Shown here: piece by piece, positions 10,068-19,857 of the stretch
Layout of the letters: every line of letters starts with the position of its first letter
Position numbering within the stretch: position 1 is the first letter of the stretch
Assembly: GCA_030748955.1 (NCBI GenBank)
Contig: JASMKZ010000002.1
Coordinates: forward strand, 10,953-74,952
Source of the DNA: Fidelibacterota bacterium
GTDB taxonomy: Bacteria; Fidelibacterota; Marinisomatia; SCGC-AAA003-L08; D37C17
Direction: 5' to 3'
DNA: 64,000 bases
Position numbers and translations under genes: made by a program
The notes under the pieces: model-generated
What the model was told of the DNA's origin: nothing
Databases searched by the model: none
What the model saw: only the letters and a program-made list of their open reading frames with translations

Positions 10068-12323
10068 ATGAAACTTCTTTATTTTTTACTTTATACTCTC
10101 CTCATGACGTTCTTGGTTTCTGCCCAAGATATAGATGAATTAATTCTCCTTCAAGCTAAAGCAGAAAACTATTATCATCAAGGAGATTATGGTAATGCAA
10201 TAATAGTGTTTGAGGATTTACTTGCCGAACAGGAAATCACCTTCGGCAAAAATGACATTAAAATTGGGGAAACACTGCAGCGATTGGGTGAAATGTATTC
10301 AATTTCAGGCATGCCTGATATAGCAGATTATTATTTTCATCAAGCAATAATAATTTTTCAAGACTCATTTCAATTAGAACAAAATGCATTAGAGCAACCC
10401 CTGCTAAGCTTAATGAAAATATACTCCTTTCAAAGCGATTCTCTTGGAATTCAAATTGTTGAAAACCAACTGAAATCTATCTCCACAATTTTCCAATCAC
10501 CCAACAGCATTTATCCTGAATTCCCAATTGAAGATGATACCCTTTTTTCTCCTGAAGAAGACATTGCATTTGATAAAATGAATTTAGGATTATCTTATAT
10601 GGAACACGGTTTATATTCAGAAGCAGCCATCCAGTTTAATGAAGCATTGGATAATCAAACTGCTAATCTGGATTTACAATTTTTAATGAATTTTTTTCCA
10701 AACGATTCCGCTTTTATACAAAATATGACAAATGCATTTTCATTTCAGATTGAATTTGACACAACAGGGGCATCCTATTTTTATTTAGCACTTTTTAATT
10801 CTTCAAATGAAGATGCATACGGATATATTCAAAATTATATTTACAATCAACCATCAGATTTAAGAGGTCTGCTTCTGTATTCAAATTTATTGTTTGATAA
10901 AGGTGAATGGTTCGATGCTTTATTCCAATACCAAAAGGTACTATGGTTGGATTCACTAAACACAAATGCCCAAATAGGAGTTGGGTTATGCTTGTATCAT
11001 TTGGCAGAATTCAAGGATGCCGTTTCTGCGTTACGAATGGCATTAAAAATTGATCCCTATAATCATATTTCATATTATTATTTGGGGTTATCCTTAATGG
11101 AAGATAAAAAATTTAAGGAAGCCATTCCAAACCTTACACAATCACTTCTATTAGATCCAGAAAATAGTGACACTTATTTCAATTTAGGAAAGTCCTATTT
11201 TGAATCTGAAAAAATCATTCAGGCAAGAGAAGCATTCAACAGAACTATTAATATTAATCCACAATATGGTCCCGCCTTTTATTATCTTGGACTAATAAAT
11301 GAAAATATTATGGAAATTGATAAAGCTGTTTTTGCTTATTCTCAGGCACGGGAATATTCACCGGAAATTGAAGATGTACATTATCGGCTGGGTATGCTGC
11401 TATATCGTACCGGACAATTAAAACAAGCAATGGAACCCCTACGTCAATTTATTATAATTCAACCGGATAGTATTCATGTTTTAAAAGCTATGGGAGAAAT
11501 TTTTATTTCAGAAAACCGTTTTCCTGAAGCCATAGATACCTATAATAGAATCAGGGAAATTTTTCCTGAAGAATTGAAAATTAACGTTGCTTTAGCAGAG
11601 TCCTATTATCAATTGAAATATTATGAAAATGCAATAAAAGTCTATAGAGATATATTACTTTTTGATGATGAGAATTACGAAATCATGATCAGGATGGGAA
11701 GTATTTATAATGAATTAGGGGAATATTATAATGCAGAAATTATTTTTAATGAGGCTATAAATTGTACTGCCCCCACTATGCAGATGTATTATCAGCTTGC
11801 ATTAACCTATGGCAATCAAGGGAAATTTATGTCTGCAATTTTGGCATTTCAGGAAGCATTACACCTTAAGCCGGATGATGTAGAAATTAAATACCAATTA
11901 GGGGTGGCTTTTATGGAGGTGCAGGATTTTAATATAGCGGCACAATATTTTGAAGAGTATATAACACATAATTCTAAAGATGAAATTGCATTTTTTCTCT
12001 TAGGTAAATGTTACTTTGAAATTGGAGATTATCCTGCCGCACTTTTGGCCCTGCAAAGAGCTAATGAATTTTCTCAAAATGATCATCGAATTTTATATTA
12101 TATAGGCAAATCCCTGTCTGGTTTAGATGAAGAATTAGATGCTGCACGAACTTTTAGAGAGGCGCTGAAAATTGATCCAGAAGATCCCGAAATATATTTT
12201 GCATTGGGAAAAGCATATTATAAATTAAATAAAAATAAAAAAGTAAAGGAAACTTTAGACATCCTTAATATGCTTGATCGTTCACTATATAAACAACTGC
12301 TCATTGAAATTTCCGAACGATAA
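10068..12323 (+). CDS. Secreted tetratricopeptide-repeat protein
   Basis: Signal peptide plus many TPR-like repeats (A..AL.IDP....YY.LG). Confidence 0.9.
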   Translation: MKLLYFLLYTLLMTFLVSAQDIDELILLQAKAENYYHQGDYGNAIIVFEDLLAEQEITFGKNDIKIGETLQRLGEMYSISGMPDIADYYFHQAIIIFQDSFQLEQNALEQPLLSLMKIYSFQSDSLGIQIVENQLKSISTIFQSPNSIYPEFPIEDDTLFSPEEDIAFDKMNLGLSYMEHGLYSEAAIQFNEALDNQTANLDLQFLMNFFPNDSAFIQNMTNAFSFQIEFDTTGASYFYLALFNSSNEDAYGYIQNYIYNQPSDLRGLLLYSNLLFDKGEWFDALFQYQKVLWLDSLNTNAQIGVGLCLYHLAEFKDAVSALRMALKIDPYNHISYYYLGLSLMEDKKFKEAIPNLTQSLLLDPENSDTYFNLGKSYFESEKIIQAREAFNRTININPQYGPAFYYLGLINENIMEIDKAVFAYSQAREYSPEIEDVHYRLGMLLYRTGQLKQAMEPLRQFIIIQPDSIHVLKAMGEIFISENRFPEAIDTYNRIREIFPEELKINVALAESYYQLKYYENAIKVYRDILLFDDENYEIMIRMGSIYNELGEYYNAEIIFNEAINCTAPTMQMYYQLALTYGNQGKFMSAILAFQEALHLKPDDVEIKYQLGVAFMEVQDFNIAAQYFEEYITHNSKDEIAFFLLGKCYFEIGDYPAALLALQRANEFSQNDHRILYYIGKSLSGLDEELDAARTFREALKIDPEDPEIYFALGKAYYKLNKNKKVKETLDILNMLDRSLYKQLLIEISER

Positions 12324-12439
12324 TAAAAATTTCCAGACAATTTAAAATATCCATTGAGATTATTTTATCTATAATCTTAAGTTTACCACCATTTTTTAAT
12401 TAGTATTTATCCAACTTTAAATTTTTATAAGGAAAATAT

Positions 12440-13138
12440 ATGAAAATATTAATCCCGCCAAGCGAGGGAAAAGCGAAAGTAAAACCAGGGGGCACCCTCT
12501 TTTCAGAAACAAAATTCCGGTATGAGCGAGAAGTAAACCAGGTTGTAAGATTGCTTGAATTAATTGATGATGAAGATCTTTCATCTGTGTACGGTACATC
12601 AGCGGAAAAAGCGTTGATGTTTCACAGACAAAACCAAGATGTTTTCAACAGTCGTTGTGCGCCAGCAATTGAACGATATACGGGAGTCGTATATGAACAT
12701 ATCGGCTGGTCTACACTTTCAAAAAAAGCAAAAGATTATATGGAAAAGTATATCTATATTTTCAGTGGTTTATTTGGATTGCTCACTCCAAAAACACCTA
12801 TCCCAGATTATAAACTCAAAATGAATGTCCTATCCCTTCAGCACCATTGGAATCCTGTTCTTACTGAAACTCTTAAAGACGAAAAAGTAATTGTTGACCT
12901 TCTCCCTCAGGTTCATAGAAAAGCATATAAACCCAATAAAGAGAATGTAATACCCGTAGACTTTCAAATAACCAATAAAGGGAAAAAATCTGCTGCCGGG
13001 CATTTTGGTAAAGCGGTAAAAGGAGAATTTATACGTTATATTGCTGAAAATAATATAACCGATATAGAAGGTTTTTCAGGATTTGAATATGAAGGTTTTA
13101 AATGGGATGGAACTTCTTTCGTTAAAGAAAGTAGTTAA
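12440..13138 (+). CDS. yaaA: Peroxide stress protein YaaA (DUF328)
   Basis: ILIPPSEGK, PAIERYTGVVY, SGLFGLL...IPDYKLKM, K..KG.F.RY motifs. Confidence 0.9.
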   Translation: MKILIPPSEGKAKVKPGGTLFSETKFRYEREVNQVVRLLELIDDEDLSSVYGTSAEKALMFHRQNQDVFNSRCAPAIERYTGVVYEHIGWSTLSKKAKDYMEKYIYIFSGLFGLLTPKTPIPDYKLKMNVLSLQHHWNPVLTETLKDEKVIVDLLPQVHRKAYKPNKENVIPVDFQITNKGKKSAAGHFGKAVKGEFIRYIAENNITDIEGFSGFEYEGFKWDGTSFVKESS

Positions 13139-13206
13139 AAGTCTGAAAACATTCTTATCGGCATCAATTAAAAGCCGTTCACTAAATTTAAATAGGAAGC
13201 GCCACA

Positions 13207-14151
13207 ATGATTAAAGTTGAAAATCTTTCCAAGTTCTACGGTGATGTTAAAGCTGTAAAATCCATAAATTTTGAATTAAACGATGGTGAAATTGTTGGAT
13301 TTTTAGGGGCAAACGGTGCAGGAAAATCTACCACTTTAAAAGTGATGACTGGATTTCTTACTCCAACATCGGGCAATGTATATGTAAATGACTTGGAAAT
13401 TCAAGAGCATACTCTAGAAATCCAAAAACATATTGGCTACTTGCCAGAATTAAACCCCTTATACTCTGAAATGCGGGTATATGATTTGTTGGAATTTACA
13501 GGGACTATCCGCAACATTACTGGGAAAGCCTTTAAGAACTCATTGGCTCGAGTCGTTGAGCAGTGTGGATTAAAAGAAGTTATTCATAGAATGATTTCTG
13601 AATGTTCAAAAGGATATAAACAGAGAATTGGATTGGCATGTGCAATGATCCATGATCCCAAAATACTTATATTAGACGAACCGGTTACGGGTCTCGACCC
13701 TAATCAGATTGTAGAAATTCGTAACTTGATAAAAGATTTGGGAAGGGAAAAATTGGTGTTAATGTCTAGCCATATTTTACAGGAAATTCAAGCCACTGTG
13801 AACAGAATTATTATTATTAATAAGGGAGAGATAGTGGCTGATGGCACTAATGAAGAACTTATGAGCGGATTTATCGGAAATACTAAACTCACTCTAGAAA
13901 TTAAAAATGCAGAGGATAAAACTATTAAAACGTTAACTGAAAAAATTCCATCCATCAGTTTAGTTGATACAAAATCGCACAATGGATCTCAAATACTTCA
14001 ATTGGAATATGCCAAGGATTTTGACCCTCGAGAAGAGTTGTTCAAATATGCTGTAGATTCTAATTGGGTAGTGACTGAAATGAGTCCCCATAGTGTAAAT
14101 CTAGAATCTATCTTTCGTACTCTCACAATGGAGGATAAAGCAAATGCGTAA
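13207..14151 (+). CDS. ABC transporter ATP-binding protein (GldA-like)
   Basis: Walker A GANGAGKST, SKGYKQR signature, ILDEP Walker B. Confidence 0.9.
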   Translation: MIKVENLSKFYGDVKAVKSINFELNDGEIVGFLGANGAGKSTTLKVMTGFLTPTSGNVYVNDLEIQEHTLEIQKHIGYLPELNPLYSEMRVYDLLEFTGTIRNITGKAFKNSLARVVEQCGLKEVIHRMISECSKGYKQRIGLACAMIHDPKILILDEPVTGLDPNQIVEIRNLIKDLGREKLVLMSSHILQEIQATVNRIIIINKGEIVADGTNEELMSGFIGNTKLTLEIKNAEDKTIKTLTEKIPSISLVDTKSHNGSQILQLEYAKDFDPREELFKYAVDSNWVVTEMSPHSVNLESIFRTLTMEDKANA

Positions 14152-14857
14152 TCTGAAAGCAGTTTACTTTAAAGAAATGAAGTCTTATTTTAATAGTCCA
14201 ATGGCCTATATCTTTCTGGTTATTTTTGCTCTTATTACAGGGTACTTTTTCACACGGACCTTTTTTCTCTTTAACCAATCTGATATGCGGTCACTATTTA
14301 ATATAATCCCCTTGGTATATCTCTTTTTTATACCTGCAGTAACAATGAGTCTAATCGCCCGTGAAAAAAACCTGGGAACCATGGAAGTAATTTCCACACT
14401 CCCTCTAAAAGACTTGGATTTTGTAGCTGGTAAATTTCTGGCAGCATTGAGTCTGGTCTTGGCGGGATTGCTTGTTTCTATGGTACATTTTTTTACTTTG
14501 ACTCAAGTTGGAACCAATATTGATTATGGCGCCGTGTTTACAGGATATCTTGGGCTTGCACTTGCTGGTGCAGTTTATTCGGCTGTGGGCACTTTTGCCA
14601 GCAGCCTTACGGATAATCAAGTAGTGGCATTTATTATAGGGATATTTATTGTACTGATTTTCTTTCTTATGGATAAAATGCTTATGTTTGTTCCTGTTGC
14701 ACTAACAGGGATTATACAATATCTAAGTGTTGATTATCATCTTTCTAATATTTCTCGAGGGGTAATTGACAGCAGAAATCTTATTTACTTTGCTTCGGTC
14801 GTCGGCCTATTTTTGTTTATGACTGTTCGTACGTTAGAAATTCGGAGGTGGAAATAA
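14144..14857 (+). CDS. ABC-2 permease (GldF-like)
   Basis: KEMKSYFNSPMAY, TM..IA.EK..GT.E, GVIDSRNLIYF motifs. Confidence 0.9.
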   Translation: MRNLKAVYFKEMKSYFNSPMAYIFLVIFALITGYFFTRTFFLFNQSDMRSLFNIIPLVYLFFIPAVTMSLIAREKNLGTMEVISTLPLKDLDFVAGKFLAALSLVLAGLLVSMVHFFTLTQVGTNIDYGAVFTGYLGLALAGAVYSAVGTFASSLTDNQVVAFIIGIFIVLIFFLMDKMLMFVPVALTGIIQYLSVDYHLSNISRGVIDSRNLIYFASVVGLFLFMTVRTLEIRRWK

Positions 14858-14859
14858 CA

Positions 14860-16389
14860 ATGAGTACTCAAAATAAAAAATCCTTTTTGACATATATTGG
14901 AATAGTTGTAACTATTCTCATTTTATTAAATATTGTTTCCCGAAACTGGTTTTTCAGATGGGATTTAACAGAAAATAGAATGTACAGTTTATCTGATTCC
15001 AGTAAATCAGTGGTAGAAAAAATTGATGACCGGTTCACAATGAAGGTATATTTTTCCGATAATCTCCCTGGAGAATATGGAAACAATCGAAGATATCTTC
15101 AAGATATTTTAGAAGAGTATGCGGCCTATTCGGATGGTAATATTCATTTTGAATTCTACCATACTGATGATGATGAAAAAATGCAGGAAGATGCCCAAAA
15201 ATCAGGGATTCAACCTGTACAATTACAAGTCATTGAAAATGATAATATTGAGGTGAAGCGGGTTTATATGGGCATGGTTTTCCTTTATGAAGATGAGCGG
15301 GAAACAATTCCAGTAATTCAAACTACCACCGGATTAGAATATGATATTACTACTAAAATTAAAAAATTGGTAGATACCAATAAAGAGACCCTTGCCATTG
15401 CTAAAACTGCAGGCCAGGAACAAATCAAAAATGAAACTATTTCCCAGCTTTTAGCTCAGCGATATAACATTCAAAATATAAATCTAAGTGGGGCGGTTGC
15501 TGACAATATCTCATTACTATTAATAAATGGGGTAGAAGATTCATTAACTGCAGATGAACAGCAAAATTTAAAAGGTTTTATTGCTCGAGGTGGGAATATA
15601 TTATTAAACCAAAATAGAATTAAAACGGATCTTGCTACCCAACAGGCAAATCCAGTGGAATCTGATATATATTCACTGCTGGATACTTATGGATTACATA
15701 TTGCGCCCAATCTGGTTCTAGACCAGAATTGCGGCAAGGTGAATGTACAGCAAAACTTGGGTTTCATTCGAATTCCGGTTCCCATGGACTATCCCTTCCT
15801 CCCTGTTATAAAGGAGGATAATTTTAATGATGAAGTGGTAATGGTAAATGGATTAGAGTCGGCACGCTTGATGTTCCCTAGTGAAATTGTAATTAATGAT
15901 AGTATACCTGGTGTTGAGAATATAAATATCATTCCCTTATTTACAAGTTCAAATCGATCTACGACGATGGAAGAGTTTTTTAATTTGAATCCTGATCCAA
16001 AAGCAAACCCTTCTTTCCGTCAACTGAATGAGGCTGGAAAAGTATTAGGCGTATTGGCAGAGATTGCCCATTCTACAAATGAAACATTAAGTCAATTAAT
16101 TTTGATTTCTGATTCTAAATTTATTGCCGATGATGGAGGGGGTGCTGCACCTGAAAATCATATTTTTGTCATGAATGCAGTTGATTATCTATTGGGTGAT
16201 AAAGAGTTAATTTCTCTCAGAAGCCGTGAAATTACAAACCGCCCCTTGCAGGAATTAGAAGATGATGTAAAAGCTCGCTGGAAATGGATAAATATTTTGT
16301 TCCCATCTCTTATTGTAATGGCATTTGGCGGATTAAGAATGAGACGTGAAAAAAACCGAGCAAAGGTTTTGGAGGAAATCTATGGCTAA
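14860..16389 (+). CDS. ABC auxiliary component (GldG-like)
   Basis: RWDLTENRMYSLS, LEY..T..I, N..F..N.VDYL.GD..L..LRSR; start placed at MSTQNKK after a GGAGG site. Confidence 0.85.
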   Translation: MSTQNKKSFLTYIGIVVTILILLNIVSRNWFFRWDLTENRMYSLSDSSKSVVEKIDDRFTMKVYFSDNLPGEYGNNRRYLQDILEEYAAYSDGNIHFEFYHTDDDEKMQEDAQKSGIQPVQLQVIENDNIEVKRVYMGMVFLYEDERETIPVIQTTTGLEYDITTKIKKLVDTNKETLAIAKTAGQEQIKNETISQLLAQRYNIQNINLSGAVADNISLLLINGVEDSLTADEQQNLKGFIARGGNILLNQNRIKTDLATQQANPVESDIYSLLDTYGLHIAPNLVLDQNCGKVNVQQNLGFIRIPVPMDYPFLPVIKEDNFNDEVVMVNGLESARLMFPSEIVINDSIPGVENINIIPLFTSSNRSTTMEEFFNLNPDPKANPSFRQLNEAGKVLGVLAEIAHSTNETLSQLILISDSKFIADDGGGAAPENHIFVMNAVDYLLGDKELISLRSREITNRPLQELEDDVKARWKWINILFPSLIVMAFGGLRMRREKNRAKVLEEIYG

Positions 16390-16963
16390 AAATCTACAAA
16401 TTGCATTGATTGTTCTTTTAGTATTTATTGGACTACTCTTATTAAATAAGAGTTCTCAATCCAAACACCAAAGTTCTACGGAGGCAATTTTTCTCAATGA
16501 TCCGGAAGATATTTTCAAATTTCTCATTCAAAATGGAGAACAGGCAATTGAGCTTGCCCGAGTGGATACCATTTGGAGAATTTCCGGGAATGATACTTTA
16601 GATATTAAACCTCAATCAATGAAAAACCTTTTTGAGAAAGTATTAAAAGTAAACAAAGGTACCATTATTTCTGAAAATCCTGAAAAATATAGTAAATATT
16701 CAATAGATGATTCCACAGGAACCCATTTAGCTGTAATAGATTTTAACGGTGAAACCGTTGGGTATTATGTTTTCGGACGGTCAAAGTCAGATTATTCCCG
16801 GTCTTATGTGCGAATTGGTGACGATCCAAATGTTTATTTGGCCGATGAGAATGTGACTTATATGTTAAATACTCGTGAAACTTATTGGGGAGAAAAGCCA
16901 AAAGAAGAAATTCCTCCTCCGCCTCCGGTAGATATTCCTACTGATACCACAGCAATTAATTAA
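16382..16963 (+). CDS. DUF4340-family protein
   Basis: N-terminal TM anchor then a periplasmic domain; typical fourth gene of GldAFG-like operons; ATG after GGAGG. Confidence 0.75.
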   Translation: MAKNLQIALIVLLVFIGLLLLNKSSQSKHQSSTEAIFLNDPEDIFKFLIQNGEQAIELARVDTIWRISGNDTLDIKPQSMKNLFEKVLKVNKGTIISENPEKYSKYSIDDSTGTHLAVIDFNGETVGYYVFGRSKSDYSRSYVRIGDDPNVYLADENVTYMLNTRETYWGEKPKEEIPPPPPVDIPTDTTAIN

Positions 16964-16998
16964 TAAAAAGCCCCTGATAAATTCAGGGCTTTTTATTA
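16961..16998. terminator. Bidirectional intrinsic terminator
   Basis: taataaaaagcccctga-taaat-tcagggctttttatta between convergent genes. Confidence 0.9.
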
Positions 16999-17011
16999 TT
17001 CTTTCCAGAAT

Positions 17012-18355
17012 CTATTTAAGAGCCAGTGACCCCATAGGATCCCAGGGGTTCAGAGCAACAGGTTCCCGATCAAAAATATCTAGTACTTTTTTCCCCAGAT
17101 ACTTTTTATCAATGACTACCTCATAGGTGTATTCATCAAACCACTTATCTGTCATAAGCATATATCCCTTATCGCCTCCCTTCTCTCCCCAGCTATTTTC
17201 AATCCGCCATTTAATGGAATCGCCGCCCTTCATATCTACGGCTGTGAGGAGCATGGCATGGGTCATAACACTATCACCATATTCCAGTTTGGTCTTTTTA
17301 TCCATGTTAAACTCCGTGTTAAACAGAAGCTCAAAATCATAGAGGTTCATATCCATTACTCCTAAATCCCGATGAAACATTTTGCCTACGTCACAGCCAA
17401 ACCAAACTGCTTCACCAGCCTTGATGGATTTTGCTGCTGCCCGTTTCATTATCTCAATTTCCACATTACCATACGAAATAGCATCTCCACCCGTTACATT
17501 TCCTAAATAATTTACAGTGTAATGTTCATTCATTTCTTTATTTGACATGGGGCAGTGAATGAGGCAAACCTTGTCCTTTAAAACTACATCTACATGTTTA
17601 GAATAAAAATCTAATGCAGTCAAATTATTAATTCGTTTAAATTTTTTCTTCTTATCCCTAAATTGCCAATCGAAAGTTTCAGGAGGAGTTCCTAGGCAGA
17701 TACAAAGCATATTATACACTACAGCTAACATATTTTCTTTTTCTTTACGAAGTTCATTTAGCTTGGCTCCGTTGGAATGCATTTCCCGTAATTGAGATGC
17801 AAACTCTCTTAGTTTTCGAGTAATAAAGCGATTCATCATCCGGGATTGACTGCTCTGAAAACTTTCTGGCATAGCAGATTTAGGCATTACCCCATATTTT
17901 TCCATGAGGTTTACAAACATATCCCATTGACCTCCATCTCCAATAGGCTCAGACAGCAACCACATCATGAGCCGACTATCGAAGGATTCATCTAAAGTTG
18001 CCAGTATATTTTCCAGGAAGTAATTTGATTTTTCTAGTTTATCACAAAACATGAAGTAATTTTGAGAAAATTCAAATTCCTTTAAATTATATTTATCGCA
18101 TACAGCCAAACGCATGAGATTCAGCCCGGCAAATCCCCAACACCTCCCACTGGATTTCTGATTGGTGACTTTTTTTATTTCATTGGGAATGGTATGGGAA
18201 TAGGTATGATCTACCTTGCGAAAGGCATCCCAATCCATAGCAACGTCTAACATGCTGGTTCGGGTAAGGGCATTCCGAGAAAGTTTATTAGTAGGGCTAC
18301 TTTTATACGCTTTCTGAAATATTTTGATATTAGTTTTTGAAATGGCTGCTAGCAT
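17012..18355 (-). CDS. pepC: Aminopeptidase C / bleomycin hydrolase (C1B)
   Basis: NQKSSGRCW (catalytic Cys), THAML (His), ENSWG (Asn). Confidence 0.95.
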   Translation of the reverse strand: MLAAISKTNIKIFQKAYKSSPTNKLSRNALTRTSMLDVAMDWDAFRKVDHTYSHTIPNEIKKVTNQKSSGRCWGFAGLNLMRLAVCDKYNLKEFEFSQNYFMFCDKLEKSNYFLENILATLDESFDSRLMMWLLSEPIGDGGQWDMFVNLMEKYGVMPKSAMPESFQSSQSRMMNRFITRKLREFASQLREMHSNGAKLNELRKEKENMLAVVYNMLCICLGTPPETFDWQFRDKKKKFKRINNLTALDFYSKHVDVVLKDKVCLIHCPMSNKEMNEHYTVNYLGNVTGGDAISYGNVEIEIMKRAAAKSIKAGEAVWFGCDVGKMFHRDLGVMDMNLYDFELLFNTEFNMDKKTKLEYGDSVMTHAMLLTAVDMKGGDSIKWRIENSWGEKGGDKGYMLMTDKWFDEYTYEVVIDKKYLGKKVLDIFDREPVALNPWDPMGSLALK

Positions 18356-18379
18356 GGTATCTCCTTATTATTTATTGTG

Positions 18380-18452
18380 AGCCACCGAGAGGAGTTGAAC
18401 CCCCGACCCAATCATTACGAATGATTTGCTCTACCAACTGAGCTACGGTGGC
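18380..18452 (-). tRNA. tRNA-Thr(CGT)
   Basis: Reverse complement GCCACCGTAGCTCAGTTGGTAGAGC-AATCA TTCGTAA TGATT-GGGTCGGGGGTTCAACTCCTCTCGGTGGCT; cloverleaf with anticodon CGT; CCA not encoded. Confidence 0.95.
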
Positions 18453-18743
18453 AGTAATTCTAACTATGTTTATTCCTGAAAGGGGAAAATTTAAATGGAA
18501 TAACATTATTGGGTAAACTATTATAATTCTTTGTTACATATCGTAAAAAATATGATATAAATATTTCTATTTTCTCCCTAATTTTCCCTATGCCTATGTT
18601 GAAAATAATTTATTTTATTTGTAAATGACTGCTTTTAGTTTCCGCCGGTCGGCGATTTTTAAGAATAGCAATATTGTAATATCCCCTTATGCGGAACGAC
18701 CGTTTTCGCATATTCATTACCTTAATAACATAATATTTTTAAA

Positions 18744-19799
18744 ATGAAAAATGTTTTTCTTATTCCATTCATTTTTATTTTGGCATGCTCAAATAAAAAT
18801 ACTCTAAATATGGATCATCATAATACCCGAAGTTTTCAATTTACCTATGAAGTTCTAGTAGAGCCCACCCATGGTAATAAACTGGAATTGTGGCTTCCAG
18901 TACCCACATCCAGCAATGTTCAGGAAATTTCAAATTTGCAGATAATGAGTGAACATTTGGCATATACAGTAAAAGATGAGCCCATACATGGGAATAGATA
19001 TCTGTATATTTTTAGTAAAATGGGAATAGCTAATCCAACTACAATAACCATGACATTTGATGTACATCGGAAAGAACATGGCAATATTGCAGATAAAAAT
19101 GCAGACCCAAATAATTATTTAGGGTCATATAGCAATGTGCCAACTGGCAATATTTTTACCAAAATCATTAATGAAAATGATTTGTCTAGAAATGATATAA
19201 GAGGCATTTATGATTTTGTTTTTGAGGGGATGCATTACGGAAAACCGAAGAGTGTGGATAATATTTACTATAAATCCCCCTGGTTGAATGCAGAAAATCT
19301 GTATGGTCAGAAAGGAGTAACTCGAGATGATGTGGTGAGATTGTATCAACAATCAAAAAATGATGGTGGAGATTACACGTTTGGGAAAGGCAACTCTATT
19401 TATGCCTGTAATATCGGTGTGGGAAACTGTACCGATTACCATTCTTATTTTATGTCATTGGGACGTACCTTGGGTGTGCCTGTTCGTTTTCATATGGGTT
19501 TTCCTATTCCATCTGAGCGCGAGGGTATAGTTGGTGGCTACCACTGCTGGGCAGATTATTATGTTGAGGGCGAGGGCTGGTATCCTGTAGATATTTCGGA
19601 GGGAGATAAAGATCCTCAGCGTAAGGATTATTATTTTGGTACCTTAGATAATAACCGTGTTGAAATGATATTGGGTAGAGATATTAAATTGGAAGGCTAC
19701 GAAATGGGAACTACTAATTTATTCATATATCCTATTATGGAAATAAATGATCAAACCTCCTCTGCCTTTAGTAAAAGTTTTCAATATAAAGAAATATAA
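18744..19799 (+). CDS. Transglutaminase-like domain lipoprotein
   Basis: Lipobox ILAC; Cys-His-Asp triad motifs GNCTDYH, HCWADYY, WYPVD. Confidence 0.9.
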   Translation: MKNVFLIPFIFILACSNKNTLNMDHHNTRSFQFTYEVLVEPTHGNKLELWLPVPTSSNVQEISNLQIMSEHLAYTVKDEPIHGNRYLYIFSKMGIANPTTITMTFDVHRKEHGNIADKNADPNNYLGSYSNVPTGNIFTKIINENDLSRNDIRGIYDFVFEGMHYGKPKSVDNIYYKSPWLNAENLYGQKGVTRDDVVRLYQQSKNDGGDYTFGKGNSIYACNIGVGNCTDYHSYFMSLGRTLGVPVRFHMGFPIPSEREGIVGGYHCWADYYVEGEGWYPVDISEGDKDPQRKDYYFGTLDNNRVEMILGRDIKLEGYEMGTTNLFIYPIMEINDQTSSAFSKSFQYKEI

Positions 19800-19857
19800 T
19801 TATTACATTAATAATTAACTATCATTTAATTAATTAAAAGTTCTATCTTTTGGATTA

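Noticed and set aside
18380-18452. tRNA-Thr as an integration site for a genomic island
   Set aside because: No integrase and no duplicated tRNA 3' end found; the 3' side leads straight into pepC
18621-18720. Intergenic structure as tRNA-Sec (selC) or a known riboswitch
   Set aside because: No UCA anticodon arm or TTC loop on either strand, and no riboswitch consensus that I recognise
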